Assembly (NCBI GenBank): GCA_002811645.1
Contig: PDIP01000028.1
Span: forward strand, 1-64,000
Length of the DNA stretch: 64,000 bases
Origin: Corallochytrium limacisporum Hawaii
Taxonomy: Eukaryota > Protista > Pluriformea
Direction of reading: 5' to 3'
Made by a program: the position numbers and the translations under genes. Position 1 is the first letter of the stretch; each line of letters opens with the position of its first letter. This document shows, piece by piece, positions 23,924 through 35,651 of the stretch. The notes beneath the pieces were generated by a model. That model had not been told where the DNA came from. It was given only the letters and a program-made list of their open reading frames with translations, and searched no databases.

Positions 23924-26593
23924 CTAATCAGTCACCGCCTCCTCTAGACCCGCTACGTAGTCATCTGGGTGACCATCGTCCGGGTATGTTTCAATGTCCC
24001 AGGTGCTGAAGATCTGCATGTGCCGAGCGCGCCAGTGACTGACCGTGCTGCCGTACGTGAGCGGACTAAGGAACCAAAACGTGCACAATGCCATAAACGA
24101 TATCGCACCAGCGAAGTAGAGGCGGTGGAGCTGGCTTTTCAGGAAGACTGTGGTGAAGTGCTCGAAGATCCCGGCGAAGGCAAGGATGGCAAACCAGTGT
24201 GCTGGTAAATAGTGGTGCAGGAACAGCTGCCGGTGCATCAAGTTGAACGGAGCCCAGTGAAGGAACCAACCGAGCATACTGAAGGTCAGGATGCTGGTAT
24301 ACCGTGCCCACTGCATGCTGGTTAGATCTTGGTAGCCGCGACGCCAGCGAATTAGGTAAAGCATGCCAGCGAAGAAGTATAATCCAACTGCACCCAAAAT
24401 CAGATAAAATGTGAAGACATTACCAAGCAGGTAGATCTGCTGATGTGCCTTCTTATCCTGCCAAAAGCTAATGCCACGGCGGAGAATGGGCCAAGACCAC
24501 GGACGGGAGCCGAAGTAGTGTTCTGAGCTCAAGTTCTGGTTGGTGTTCCAATTGATAATCTGTAACTCGACTATGTCCAGCAATCGACGAAATACTGTGT
24601 TCCTGTCCGGATTCTGAGGTGGCAGCGTCGTAAAGTCCTCAAAACGGAAGCGGTTACTCTCATCCACTTTCCAAAATGTGTTTGGATCCGTCAGATCAGT
24701 GGTGCACAGTGTCTCATATTGATTCCAGCCCCAGGCGGGCAACTGCACTCTGTGTGTCATCACGGCGCACTGTTCTTTTTGGCCGTGCAGGACAATCTGA
24801 AAGCGGTGCAAGTTGGACCGAATGGTTGGATCACCTTCCCTGATGACCCGCTCAAAGTCTGTCGTTCCCGCCTTTGTCACCATCTCTCCAAGCTTGGATT
24901 CAGGGATAAATTTCAGTAGGTAATCGACCCTGTCCTTCTCTGACTTTCTTTGCAGCCTGTCTGCCAAGGCCTTTGCTGTCTTCTCCATGTCTACGACAAT
25001 CTTGAATCGATGACCTTTTCCAGGATTGCAGCTAAGCATGAGCTTGCCGTCGCCCTTAGTGATCGGAGGATCGTAGTCATAGGCATAGAGATTCAGTTTG
25101 GTGCGCGTGTGCTCTAAACGAACAATACTATCGTTCATAAAGTACTCTAGCCGATGGAGGCGGCTTTTTGGAGGATGTAGAGCCCAAATATCTTTCATTC
25201 GGTTTTCGTAATCAGCTTCCTGGACCCGTTTCTCTTCCTCCGTCCTCCCATCGTGTAAACTCCAGAAATTGTTCATGTCAGTGAATCCGTAAGCTGTGAC
25301 CTGCTGACGGTTCGTGTGCGGATAGTTGGAAGAGTGACTGTGGAGGAATGCCTTCCAGGCTTCGGGGGTCTTCCTGCCCCCTGGAGAGCTCGGTATGTCC
25401 AGGTTTGGGTTGAAATGTTGGAACGTAATTTCTCCTTCCATTTCAATCATGTCCGAATTCTCATATACCGCAGTCTTGAGCCCCTTCGCAAAATCATTCC
25501 TATGGAAACCAATGCCTGGTCCAGTCGTGTCCAAAATCATCAGGTGAATCCAATACGGAATTATATACCCAATAATAGGCAGTATGATTAGTGTTCCGAG
25601 CCTGATTGTGAAATGCTCTGTCCAGTCGGCCAGAGACAGCCGGAGATCTCCAAGAAGGAACCACAGATCGGCGATCGTATGGAATCCGACCAGTGCCATG
25701 ACGAAAAGACCGACCCACTTGCTGCCCAAAGCTAGGGCAATAAACAGGCCCTGTAGTGCCATCCATTTCTTCCACTGCGCCGACCAAGGCCTCCGCCTCA
25801 GATTTGCAAATCTGGCCCTTGCAAACGCAGTCAGAGCAATGAAGATAAGCAGGATCGAGTCCAGAAGAATCAAGCGGCTCTGTGTAATAAAGATAGGCTC
25901 GACCAAGACCAACACAGTGGCAAGACTGGCTCCGATAGTTGACATGCCGAGCTCCATGCTTGTCATAAAGGTTACCGGCACCAACAGTGTCCCGCACAGG
26001 GCCGTGACCGAGCGCATGGCAACGTACGGTACGTACACGTTGTCGTGCGAGGCGTAGTCCATTCCAATCTCCTTAAAGGTGAATTCTCCATTGTACCCCA
26101 TGATCCATGCGGCAAAAGTGATCATTAGTTTTGCGACTGGAGGATGGAGGTCGAAAAAGTACGTCCTCCGAATATACTTTGACGCGAACCCGCCAAAGTG
26201 GACCTCATCAAAGACGACCTGGCCAGGATGGCTTATGTCCCAGAACCTGGTCAAAAATCCCAGAAAAGTAAACACTATGAGTAATCTTTGTCGCCTACTG
26301 TTGCGCAGATTGACAATCCCGCGGTTTGCCACGCTGGCATCCGCTGCAAAATCGTCGTCATTATTCAGAGTGTAAAGAAGTTGTTCCCGCTTTTGCATTC
26401 GTCGGCTGTAGTCGCCATCTCCACCCCAGGAACTGCTCCCATTCCCGGACTGTAAACGTCCGAGATCGTCATCCTTTTTGCTCAAGAGGTGTGCTCGATC
26501 ATCATCTTCGATCCTTACCTGGCCCCTTGTCTGCGGCAACGCGCCGTTCCGTTCGACGTCACTGCGACGCGTGAGGGCTGGTATTCTGCTCAT
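23924..26593 (-). CDS. Dolichyl-phosphate-mannose:protein O-mannosyltransferase (PMT/POMT)
   Basis: VVFDEVHFGGFASKYI, FFDLHPP, SRLILLDS, MIR-like LHSH..YP..QQVTAY, SRPWSWP, RQLFLHHYLPA. First ATG at 26593. Confidence 0.95.
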   Translation of the reverse strand: MSRIPALTRRSDVERNGALPQTRGQVRIEDDDRAHLLSKKDDDLGRLQSGNGSSSWGGDGDYSRRMQKREQLLYTLNNDDDFAADASVANRGIVNLRNSRRQRLLIVFTFLGFLTRFWDISHPGQVVFDEVHFGGFASKYIRRTYFFDLHPPVAKLMITFAAWIMGYNGEFTFKEIGMDYASHDNVYVPYVAMRSVTALCGTLLVPVTFMTSMELGMSTIGASLATVLVLVEPIFITQSRLILLDSILLIFIALTAFARARFANLRRRPWSAQWKKWMALQGLFIALALGSKWVGLFVMALVGFHTIADLWFLLGDLRLSLADWTEHFTIRLGTLIILPIIGYIIPYWIHLMILDTTGPGIGFHRNDFAKGLKTAVYENSDMIEMEGEITFQHFNPNLDIPSSPGGRKTPEAWKAFLHSHSSNYPHTNRQQVTAYGFTDMNNFWSLHDGRTEEEKRVQEADYENRMKDIWALHPPKSRLHRLEYFMNDSIVRLEHTRTKLNLYAYDYDPPITKGDGKLMLSCNPGKGHRFKIVVDMEKTAKALADRLQRKSEKDRVDYLLKFIPESKLGEMVTKAGTTDFERVIREGDPTIRSNLHRFQIVLHGQKEQCAVMTHRVQLPAWGWNQYETLCTTDLTDPNTFWKVDESNRFRFEDFTTLPPQNPDRNTVFRRLLDIVELQIINWNTNQNLSSEHYFGSRPWSWPILRRGISFWQDKKAHQQIYLLGNVFTFYLILGAVGLYFFAGMLYLIRWRRGYQDLTSMQWARYTSILTFSMLGWFLHWAPFNLMHRQLFLHHYLPAHWFAILAFAGIFEHFTTVFLKSQLHRLYFAGAISFMALCTFWFLSPLTYGSTVSHWRARHMQIFSTWDIETYPDDGHPDDYVAGLEEAVTD

Positions 26594-27163
26594 TGTTTCG
26601 TACGACGTAGTTCTATTGACTCCGATACAGGTCAAAAGGCACTCTAGTCTACGTACTCATGGTCTAAGTCTAAGCTATTCTTACCCACCAGGATGGTCAC
26701 TCGGTGACGAGCCCTCGTTGACGAGCCCTTTCTATCACTTATAGGCCCCGTATACGTACAGGATTTAATTCAAAATATCCAGCCTTATGGTCGCTTCCCG
26801 TATTGCACACATGAAACGACCAGTCACTTGTGTAGCATGCTTTTCCAGTAGATCTAAGTATGCGTTCGCGTGCCTGCGGTCGATAAAGACCATGAAATAG
26901 CCACCAAAGCTACCCAAACAAATCGCCTGAAACACATTCCTAGAGAATGTCAGTGCGATACTATACGTGGGTGGCCCTGGGGAAAGGGAGGGGGGGCGGC
27001 GGTGTGGAGGACGGTGATTAAATAAATAGTCCAGGAGGTAAGGAATCCCAGTACTGACTGTACGGGGACTATTTTTTCTACTAAGAATTGCGCCAAATAG
27101 TGTTGGGAACTACCATGGCCGAGATGGTGGAGAGATGGTCGGCATTGCGTGGGACGATGTCAA

Positions 27164-28243
27164 TCAGACAGTCACGTACGCCTCATTCATGTCCAACCTC
27201 GCACTGCAATGGACGTCAAAAGCCGCAGTGCTCGATCGTCCTACGAACCCATCAAGGGAATGATCATATACATTGCCGTTACCGACGTTGGAGTGTGGAT
27301 CCCAGGCATTAACGATGAAATCTCCGGCCTGCACTCCATCAGGGATCATCGGCCATTCACACCGGCGTACGGACTGTGAATCGCTTGAGTCAATAGCTTC
27401 GCTACTGATGTAGAGTCCGGAAGCGGCCAAGCGCTTCTGCAGCTCCACAGTATCGGCAGGGGGAAGGTAACTCTCCATGATCTCGAGGGCCAGGTACCGT
27501 AGTCCTTCAAATGCCCCTTCAGTCGATGCGGCGTCAAGTAGGGCATCGATCAGAGTCTCTGCGACGATCCGACGCACGGTTTGTTGACTCGTTTCAACGC
27601 GAATGCCTGATAAGAACGATGCACAACCGTACGCCGGGATCAGCAATCGTCCAGAGATCCGGTTTGGTCCGATTTCATCTCTATGGATCCTCCATGCCCG
27701 GGCTATAGACCGACCGATGGTGCTATATTCCCTTCGTAGTCGGTCGATCTTGTCAGCTTTAAGAGAAAGAGTTTTGGGATCTGCGTAAATCTTGTAGTGC
27801 GGTTGACCTGGGCTGTCCAACGCAACAGCCGGTACGTGCAGCATGCCGACGGCCATGATGTATTCTGCCTCACTATTTCCCATCCGGCTTTGTGCGTAAA
27901 CACTGACCGGTAGTGGATACTTATTGCACAGATAATCGATTCCGTGCTCTGTATCGAAACTGTTCATAAAGGATTGTTCTGCCTCGGGATTGCTGCAGCC
28001 GACCTTCCGACCACCAATGTTAACGGCTTCCCGTTGTTTTACTACCGACGTTGCCGTCTCTAAAGGATTGCTAAAGTCATAGAAAATCGTAACAGAATCT
28101 TTGTTTTGGTCAAACTCTGCTGATTGAAGGTAGACTCCGAACAGCCACTTCTGATCCATCTCTCTAGCGGGCCACCACTGATCGTTGAGATATCGACTGC
28201 ACAAACGAATTACCGCCGGGTCGTTTCCTGCGTTCGTTGACAT
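27164..28243 (-). CDS. Uncharacterised protein with a VNAWDPHS..GNGN..D.SLDG..GRS motif
   Basis: 359-aa ATG-started ORF with globular composition and an enzyme-like C-terminal motif. Confidence 0.7.
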   Translation of the reverse strand: MSTNAGNDPAVIRLCSRYLNDQWWPAREMDQKWLFGVYLQSAEFDQNKDSVTIFYDFSNPLETATSVVKQREAVNIGGRKVGCSNPEAEQSFMNSFDTEHGIDYLCNKYPLPVSVYAQSRMGNSEAEYIMAVGMLHVPAVALDSPGQPHYKIYADPKTLSLKADKIDRLRREYSTIGRSIARAWRIHRDEIGPNRISGRLLIPAYGCASFLSGIRVETSQQTVRRIVAETLIDALLDAASTEGAFEGLRYLALEIMESYLPPADTVELQKRLAASGLYISSEAIDSSDSQSVRRCEWPMIPDGVQAGDFIVNAWDPHSNVGNGNVYDHSLDGFVGRSSTAAFDVHCSARLDMNEAYVTV

Positions 28244-28409
28244 AATTCGTACTATATTCCATGAGACGTGTTGAGCGGTACACTACTCTGGTCTGTGACA
28301 TTTGTAGATTCTACATTCAAGGACCTAACACATTAAGCGTATTGATTGATTCGCTTTCGGGGTAGCCTTACTAGTCGGACGGTGAAAATGGACTCCGCAC
28401 TGTAGTGAG

Positions 28410-30548
28410 CTACCGATTCTCCAGATGGCCGAAATCGTCACTTTGAGGACGGTTTTCGGTAGCATTGTGATGTTCGAAATCAACCATGTCTCGAGCCATC
28501 TCCTGTAAATCAATCACGCGGCTAATGATGTCAATGAATCGGTCCTGGTTAGTATAAAACGATGGCAGCAACTCGCGCTCCCTCCGCCAGTACGGATTTG
28601 AACTTAGTGTCTGGACGTGTGCCGATTTTTCGTCGAGAAGCTGCTTCAGTGCGCTCTCCAGCGTCTCCGTCCTGCGTCCTAGCTCCTGTTCCATGCGCAT
28701 CAGTGCATCATCAGAGAGCAGTCGCACAGCGCTCACACTCCGTGCATCTGGGAACAGAGCATCGGTTAGGCGCCTATTGCGATGGGCGAGGACGCCAGCA
28801 GTTGCCTGGAGAGCGCGAATGCGGTCACACTGGGCGGCAACTGGGCCGTGATTGCGCATCTCCACAGCACTTCGCACGGTAGCGTCAAAAATTTCACCAA
28901 CCGTGGCGTAACCACGGACGCTGAGGTCAAGGCCAAGGACAGACTGTGCGGCAGCAAGTAGTTCAACGTCGGTGCTGCTGACAACCTGGCGGGAAAGCAA
29001 GCCATTGCCTCGCTTTGTATCCTTTGGTTTGACTGTGGTTGACTCGGAAGGAGCAACTACCTTTATCTCGTGACATTGAATTTCTCTTAGTACTGCCTTC
29101 ACTGCTATTGCCTCGTCCGCGCGCAAGGCACTACCGACGCCGTCCACAAGTACACGGCTGCGTACCAGACTCGCATCCCTCGCATTCTCCACGATCGAGT
29201 TGAAATCCGTGACACCTCTATGCATGGCACGGAGGGCCAGCTCTTCGACAGCCATAGCATCAAGTAGTTTCTGCCTTCGTTTGCGCTGCTCCCGTAAGGC
29301 TTCGAGGACTGTCCGCTGGCGCACAAGCAGGGTCCGCTGACGATGCTCCTTTGCCTCAAAGTTCTCCTGGAGCAGCGTCGACCCCAGTTCGTCGCTAACA
29401 TCTATGAGCAAGGGTACCAACCGTTCCTTCAGCAGGCGCTCGCTGTGCTGTCGTAGATTAGACAAGCGAACAGCTAAGTCCTCGCCAGCTGCATTGTTCT
29501 GGCCTTTCTGTCCACCCTTCAGGCGCTTGAGGCGGGCCTGAAGCCGTGCCATAGTAAGGCGCGCATTGACGAGCTGTGTACTGTTCACCTTATGTTGCTC
29601 GGAGAGTCGTGCCGTCTCTGCGACAATTTCAGTGTGCATTTCTTCGTCAAGGCCGAGCATAGTGGCATGCTCTGGCATGCGCGGGTCCAGTACACGTGTT
29701 GCACTGTCACTATTGCTGCCGTCGTCCACTTCACTAAGGATGCGCTGGGCGAGTTGGTTGCGAGTCATCGTCGCCTTGACGTAGTCAATGATGGAAAGGG
29801 TACACGCCTTTTCAATGTCATTGTAGTCATTCAGCTGAGCATAGGCGAACCACTGGCGCATGGTTTCGTGGTTGAGACCGGACGGAATCACTCTATCGCA
29901 GCTCTTTGTCTCCTTGTCGGCCGGGTTGCTTGTCGGATGCTTCATGCAGTCCGATGTCTGGACGAGTTCGGTCCGCATACGTTCCGTGTCTAGGTGAAAC
30001 CGACTAAGTTCGAAACGCAATCGCTCGTACATGTTCGTAAAGTCAAGGTCCTCCTGCCGCGCTTCATCCTTACATGTCTGTAGTTCGTCAGACAGGGACC
30101 GGACTGTGGTCGCCAGTGTGCGGTTCTGCTGTGTCAGACGCTGGACACTGCACTGCAGTTTCTGAATTTTGACAGTGGATTCTGTGGCAGACAGCTTAGA
30201 TTCACCCTTAGCCAAGGGCCAGGCAGTGGGACGATCACTACGACTGAAAGCTCCACCGGCTATGGCACCTGTGCCATCCTTATTTGCCGGCGCTGGAACT
30301 TCGACGTAGTTTGGATTCTTGCGTAGTTTGTGATAGGCATGTACCTCCGAAGTGTATAAGACGTTGTGTTCAGGACTGATGTTTTCTAATAACCACTTAA
30401 AGAACGGTGCAAATGATTGATGTTCCCGGAGCCATTCGAGATCTGTGGCGGCCACATCCTTCCCAAGTGTATGAAACTCTGCGCCTTTTGTACCCGTCAG
30501 TACCTGGGACAGATACTTGCTCAGCGCCTCTCCTGTGGCAGGAGCCAT
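28410..30548 (-). CDS. HAUS3: Augmin subunit HAUS3-like protein
   Basis: N-terminal DLEWL..FFKWLLENI..NVL..E..Y, long coiled coils and C-terminal RERELLPSFY match HAUS3. Confidence 0.8.
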   Translation of the reverse strand: MAPATGEALSKYLSQVLTGTKGAEFHTLGKDVAATDLEWLREHQSFAPFFKWLLENISPEHNVLYTSEVHAYHKLRKNPNYVEVPAPANKDGTGAIAGGAFSRSDRPTAWPLAKGESKLSATESTVKIQKLQCSVQRLTQQNRTLATTVRSLSDELQTCKDEARQEDLDFTNMYERLRFELSRFHLDTERMRTELVQTSDCMKHPTSNPADKETKSCDRVIPSGLNHETMRQWFAYAQLNDYNDIEKACTLSIIDYVKATMTRNQLAQRILSEVDDGSNSDSATRVLDPRMPEHATMLGLDEEMHTEIVAETARLSEQHKVNSTQLVNARLTMARLQARLKRLKGGQKGQNNAAGEDLAVRLSNLRQHSERLLKERLVPLLIDVSDELGSTLLQENFEAKEHRQRTLLVRQRTVLEALREQRKRRQKLLDAMAVEELALRAMHRGVTDFNSIVENARDASLVRSRVLVDGVGSALRADEAIAVKAVLREIQCHEIKVVAPSESTTVKPKDTKRGNGLLSRQVVSSTDVELLAAAQSVLGLDLSVRGYATVGEIFDATVRSAVEMRNHGPVAAQCDRIRALQATAGVLAHRNRRLTDALFPDARSVSAVRLLSDDALMRMEQELGRRTETLESALKQLLDEKSAHVQTLSSNPYWRRERELLPSFYTNQDRFIDIISRVIDLQEMARDMVDFEHHNATENRPQSDDFGHLENR

Positions 30549-31256
30549 CGTTTTCTAATTTTCTTTATAGATCAATCTTGTTAAGACACGTAAGGCGTTT
30601 TACATCATATTCACCCAATATGTGTTCTCTCAGAGCGGTCACCACCCGATGATGGTGCTCCTCTTCCTAACTGTTTCCTGACAAACCGCTGATCAAATAG
30701 CTGGAATGTTTACATTTTGAGGACCTGTGCAGAACATGCATAGATAGAAAAAGGGCACTCTATCTTGGTAGAGAGGTACAGGAGAACCACCACCAACCCC
30801 TTTCAAATGACACTGAGACAGTCTCACGACCCGAAGCCCCACTTGCCACAATTCGGACCGTTCGCGCCAAAAAAAATCCTCTAACTCTTCACTCACTCGC
30901 ACAGTATTTGGCTGTGTATCCCCCTGTCTCCCCCCTTGCTCTCCTGCGCTTCCCCTCTCCCCACCTCCCTCTTCCCCTCCAACCAAAGACTTGCTCACTT
31001 TGCTATAACACTTGGGCTCATGTAATTGATCGCGAATTGACGAATGGGAGTCCATTTTGGCCCGGACCAGTTTGCACTCTGCAGACATGGGACTGCGAGT
31101 AAGTGCCGAGGTGGATGGAACGCCTTGTCCCTTGCATACCGGATAAGCTTTCGAAGGTTAAAACGGGCAGTCCTTTTGCGCTTTTATTAATCATTTGCTA
31201 GTTGGATGAATGGCAAGATATCGCAAGATGCCGCATTGACGTCTCCTCTTGCTATC

Positions 31257-31994
31257 TTACGGCAAGCTGTCTATGATGGAGGCCTTCATCTGGTTGACAA
31301 TATTGGAAGGCTGCTGATCTTGCAGGTTGAAGATGCTTTCTATCACGTTGAGCTCTGTTGATGTTGTGTCCATGCCACAGAAGGCAATGTAATCGTTCAC
31401 GACCATGCCAGCGCCAACAACGTCGGAGCCGCGGTTGACAGTACCGGCCACCAAGGGCAGCTGCAAGAGGGAGCTAAGTTCCTTCTGGTCAGCAACTGGC
31501 GTCTTGGGGTGAACAATGCCACCTCGATTGCTCAATTTGCAGTAGGTACCCACAAGAACGTTATCTGCCACCGTCTGCCTATACACTTCAACTTTAAGAA
31601 CATCAGCGAGGATCTCTTCAGTCGCCTTGTCGAGCTCTGGATGGACCAGGGCGACGTAGTCGTTGCAAGTGATAACATTTCCAAGGGCACTGAGACGCTC
31701 CTCTACCCGCTGAATCTTCACTGCGTCCGGTAATGAGTTGCGCAAATGCTGCATCTCCTGATCGGTTGTCGAGGACGGCAGCAACAGACCGTGGCGGTTG
31801 CCCACTGCCATGCGTCCAACGAGACGGGTACCGCCGATGGTTGTGTGCACAATTGGCATGACATCCCCCAGTTCATTTTCGAAGGTACTGTAGAAGTTTT
31901 CCGAGCCACCAATTGGCACCAGGCAGTAGGTGTTGGTGAGCAGGGCGAAGACACCTACGTCATTGTTGTTCTCAAACTGGATACGAAGGGCCAT
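31257..31994 (-). CDS. EIF6: Translation initiation factor eIF6
   Basis: [37 protein letters not shown]; 245 aa. Confidence 0.98.
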   Translation of the reverse strand: MALRIQFENNNDVGVFALLTNTYCLVPIGGSENFYSTFENELGDVMPIVHTTIGGTRLVGRMAVGNRHGLLLPSSTTDQEMQHLRNSLPDAVKIQRVEERLSALGNVITCNDYVALVHPELDKATEEILADVLKVEVYRQTVADNVLVGTYCKLSNRGGIVHPKTPVADQKELSSLLQLPLVAGTVNRGSDVVGAGMVVNDYIAFCGMDTTSTELNVIESIFNLQDQQPSNIVNQMKASIIDSLP

Positions 31995-33100
31995 GGTTAA
32001 TTGATCCCTTGATATCTGTTACTTCTTTCCCGTTCTAGGCTAACTATTTTATTTTCCTAAATCTTCTTCGCAAGAATTCTGGTATTGTGATTTTCTTGCT
32101 CATGCACACCAGATCAAGGATTCTGTCACAAATGCTTCAGACTATAACTTCATGAAGCAGAGCATACTTTGAAATACCACAAAACGATCTGAACAAAGCA
32201 GGCCCATGTGAATAACACGAAAACAATATCACATGCCATAAAGGAGAACCAAGAACCAGGACAACTGACGCAGCTGACGGATATCATCCTCTTGGCCTCA
32301 TTTTTGGAAGCATGTACAGGTACGGTTCCCGTTCGATCTATCGTGTGTGTGTGACCCGCCCTGCGTGGGGGGAGCACCTCCGGCCGAGCGAGACAGGCCG
32401 GGTGGGTCGTAGGCCCCTCGAGTGCAAAGAGGGACAGCAGCCAAGACCCCCCCCCACAAAGGGCGAGACAGACTCCGGCGCCTGCCAGGGCGTGAAAGTA
32501 TGGCACCGCCAGCTATGCGGTACTTTCACTATGGCCCAGGCGCTATTGAAGCCAATGGGGTGGGGGGGGTGCCATGTGGGACGGGCGGAAAGTGGGAACC
32601 GGGGGGGCAAGCTTTTGAACACTGGCGGATTTTCTCGAAGGAAACGCAATGTGCTTGCCATCAGGAGTTGACTGCGTCGAATAGTAGGATGTTCTGCGTT
32701 TGTGAGTGTGTGTGTGTGTGTGTCTGTGTGTCTGTGTTAGAGTTTCAGCGAACTAAATAGGTATGGCATTTGTTTCCTGCAGGTGATCTTTATTCTTTCA
32801 GTACCTTTTGTTTTGGGGATGGACTTCACTCTTCAGTACTGAATTAGTAGTATAGGGAACATCATATCTCGATAATATTCCAGAAGCTGACAGCTATTTT
32901 ACAGGAAGCACCTTTTGATCTGAAGGTTTGAAGCTAAGTTGTTGTTGTAAAGCTAGCGATCTTTCCATATCAATTCGGGTATTGAGAATTCTAGAACGAA
33001 TATCCTTAAACAGTGAACAAAGTAGACAACCATAACACATTTCCAGAGTCCATACTTGTGATTCATTGCCTTATTCATCCTACAACCACAAACATTCATC

Positions 33101-33994
33101 ATGGCTGCAGCAGCACAAAACCGCTGGGGAGACCAGCTCGACGATCAGTGGGGAGCAGACGAAGAATTGCCGGAGACGCAGGTAATTGGTCCGGATAAAT
33201 CTGGTAACAAATACGTCATCGACTACCGCATTAATGATAAAGGTGAAAAGGAAAAGATTACACAGAGCTTCCGTGTGGTGACCAAGAAGAACAAGGTCAA
33301 GAAAAGCGTAGCAGACCGTAAGACTTGGGAAAAGTTTGGCAAGGCTGCCAACGACCGCCCTGGAGTCGACCCTGCCACCACAGTAGTGGCCGATGAGATC
33401 TCCATGAGCTTCCAGAACAAGAAGAAGGAAGACGCTGCCGAAGGTGGCAAAGGACCTGTTGGTGTCCAAGGCAAGACTAGTGCCGAGGTCGCAGGCAAGC
33501 CGAGTCAGATGGTCGTGTGCCGTATTTGTAAGGGTAATCACTGGACCCTTAAATGTCCCTTCAAGGATTCCGACATGGCCAAAGTCATGGAACAGGAAGA
33601 GACAGAACGGCAACGCAAGACAATGGAGGATCGGATCAAGGAGGAAACTGCAGAGGCCGAGGCAAAGGGCAAGTACGTGCCCCCCTCGCAGCGTGCTGGC
33701 TTCCAGGGCACCGCGGAAAGCCAACGGAGGCAACAGGACAATGCCACTATTCGTATCTCCAACCTTTCCGAGGACACTCGCGAACCCGATCTGCTCGAAC
33801 TCTGCCGCACTTTCGGGCCTGTCGCGCGCATCTACCTGGCCAAAGACAAGGTCACCGGACAGTCCAAGGGCTTTGCCTTTGTCAACTACGTGCGGAAGGA
33901 CGACGCAGTTAAGGCTCTGGAGCACCTGCATGGCTTTGGTTACGACCATTTGATCTTGAGTGTGGAGTGGGCCAAGCCTACTGAGTCTCGCTAG
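33101..33994 (+). CDS. EIF3G: Translation initiation factor eIF3 subunit g
   Basis: Zn knuckle CRICKGNHWTLKCPF, KYVPPS, and C-terminal RRM (SKGFAFVNY; GFGYDHLILSVEW). Confidence 0.97.
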   Translation: MAAAAQNRWGDQLDDQWGADEELPETQVIGPDKSGNKYVIDYRINDKGEKEKITQSFRVVTKKNKVKKSVADRKTWEKFGKAANDRPGVDPATTVVADEISMSFQNKKKEDAAEGGKGPVGVQGKTSAEVAGKPSQMVVCRICKGNHWTLKCPFKDSDMAKVMEQEETERQRKTMEDRIKEETAEAEAKGKYVPPSQRAGFQGTAESQRRQQDNATIRISNLSEDTREPDLLELCRTFGPVARIYLAKDKVTGQSKGFAFVNYVRKDDAVKALEHLHGFGYDHLILSVEWAKPTESR

Positions 33995-34187
33995 AACCGT
34001 GATGCTATATTGCATGTCATGGTCTTGAGCAGTAGCAATTCCTGGAATACGTTTTGACCACCAGTCATATTATTAAACTCCATTACAATAGGACAAAAAC
34101 AGAGAGGTACGTAATTGTTTACTGCTGTCTATCTTTTTCACTGTGTGATTATGAAAACTTGGTTGGGCTACCTGTTCTTTGTATTCT

Positions 34188-35651
34188 TTAATGTCCCAAT
34201 CGCTTCTCGATGCTGGCGTATCGCTCCATGAGCCGTGTGATTTGATTCCCATTACCTAGGGACTGGACTGTCATGCCACAGTGCAGGAACTCTGTCAGGC
34301 GCATAATCCATGGATTCAGCCCTCGCGGGGAGAGTGAGAGGCCAAAGGACAGCGCCAACTCTGGATCCGGCACCGGGGAAATCAAGCGCATTACAGCGTC
34401 TACCTCCTCGGCAGTAAGATTCGAATCCGACTGTTGCGACGTGAATGGCCCATTCAATTTGTTCCCAGTCTGTTGCCGTTGGCAGAGCCGCCGGTGTACT
34501 TCAAGCTGACGGTGGAACCACGTGGCCAAGGAGACCATAAACTCCTGTCCATCTGCACGATTCATGTTGCAGATCGTCACATCAATAGCTTCACTCTCTT
34601 GGTCACTACCATCGGAGCGGTTCCCGACGTCCAGTAAATTCCTATTCGTATTGCTATTGAAATCATCAACATTGGATGCCATCGAGCCCCCATAGATTGA
34701 CCGTGACCGCCGGTCGTGGTGCCGCCCATTAATCAAGGAAGATCCCAGTCTGCTTTGCACAACTTTCCCTTTGCTCCGGGGTGGGGTGGTCGAAGTATTG
34801 TAGTCGTTGCTGTCACGAGTGCTGCTGGCTTTGCTGCTACTTGGTGATGTTGTGGGTTGGCTATCACTACGTGAGCTAATACTTGTCGTTCGCGCCTCCA
34901 TTTTCTGCTGTTCTGCTAGTAATTCCCGGACATCAGACCAGGTCAGGCCCTCAAGTTCTTTCTCGGTGTACTCTGCAAAATTTACTGTGTGGATATCGAC
35001 CACAGGCGGTTCCATAACCTTAGGGGCTTTACGATTCTTACCCGAGGTTTTGTCTTGTTGCATCCAGGGTTTGGCCCTGTACAGTGAACCGGGAGCGGAT
35101 AGATCTTCCCCCTTGCATGTCGAGCACTGATCCAAATGCATATTGATCAGCGCCACCAAGGGTTCCATGACCAGCTTGTATAGTCCGAAGAAATTGTCTT
35201 CATTGTATAGGACAACGTTCCGTACACCAGTGTGAATCAGGAACGCAATCAAATGAGCTAATCTGTCTTGAAACTGGGCGAATTCATGTTCAGTGGGTAG
35301 CGATTCGTTGTTGAAACTGATCACAACACACAACGGCAGTCGATTCTGGCACTGACTCCGAAGCGGATGGACCATATGCAGGTCGCTGTTGTCCCAGGTC
35401 CCAAACGTATGCGTCGATCCCTTGTAGGTTCGTTGAATGTTCTGCGTTGGTGTCCGTGGGGCGCGCTTCGCCTGTTCGGTCCAGTGATCAATTACACCAA
35501 ATTCGTGGGATAGTTTCCGGCGGTACGGTGCTCGCTGACGCTGATCCCCAAGCAGCACACCCAGAATTAGACTAACCACTGGCACTTCCATAAGCCAGCT
35601 GACCATGCGGTCAAGGAAGTCACCAAAGACAGGTATGCTTTTCAAGGACAT
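34188..35651 (-). CDS. NUS1: NUS1/NgBR cis-prenyltransferase subunit
   Basis: N-terminal hydrophobic segment, PDPELALSFG..GLNPWIMRLTEF, C-terminal RYASIEKRLGH (RxG motif); low-complexity insertion. Confidence 0.85.
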   Translation of the reverse strand: MSLKSIPVFGDFLDRMVSWLMEVPVVSLILGVLLGDQRQRAPYRRKLSHEFGVIDHWTEQAKRAPRTPTQNIQRTYKGSTHTFGTWDNSDLHMVHPLRSQCQNRLPLCVVISFNNESLPTEHEFAQFQDRLAHLIAFLIHTGVRNVVLYNEDNFFGLYKLVMEPLVALINMHLDQCSTCKGEDLSAPGSLYRAKPWMQQDKTSGKNRKAPKVMEPPVVDIHTVNFAEYTEKELEGLTWSDVRELLAEQQKMEARTTSISSRSDSQPTTSPSSSKASSTRDSNDYNTSTTPPRSKGKVVQSRLGSSLINGRHHDRRSRSIYGGSMASNVDDFNSNTNRNLLDVGNRSDGSDQESEAIDVTICNMNRADGQEFMVSLATWFHRQLEVHRRLCQRQQTGNKLNGPFTSQQSDSNLTAEEVDAVMRLISPVPDPELALSFGLSLSPRGLNPWIMRLTEFLHCGMTVQSLGNGNQITRLMERYASIEKRLGH

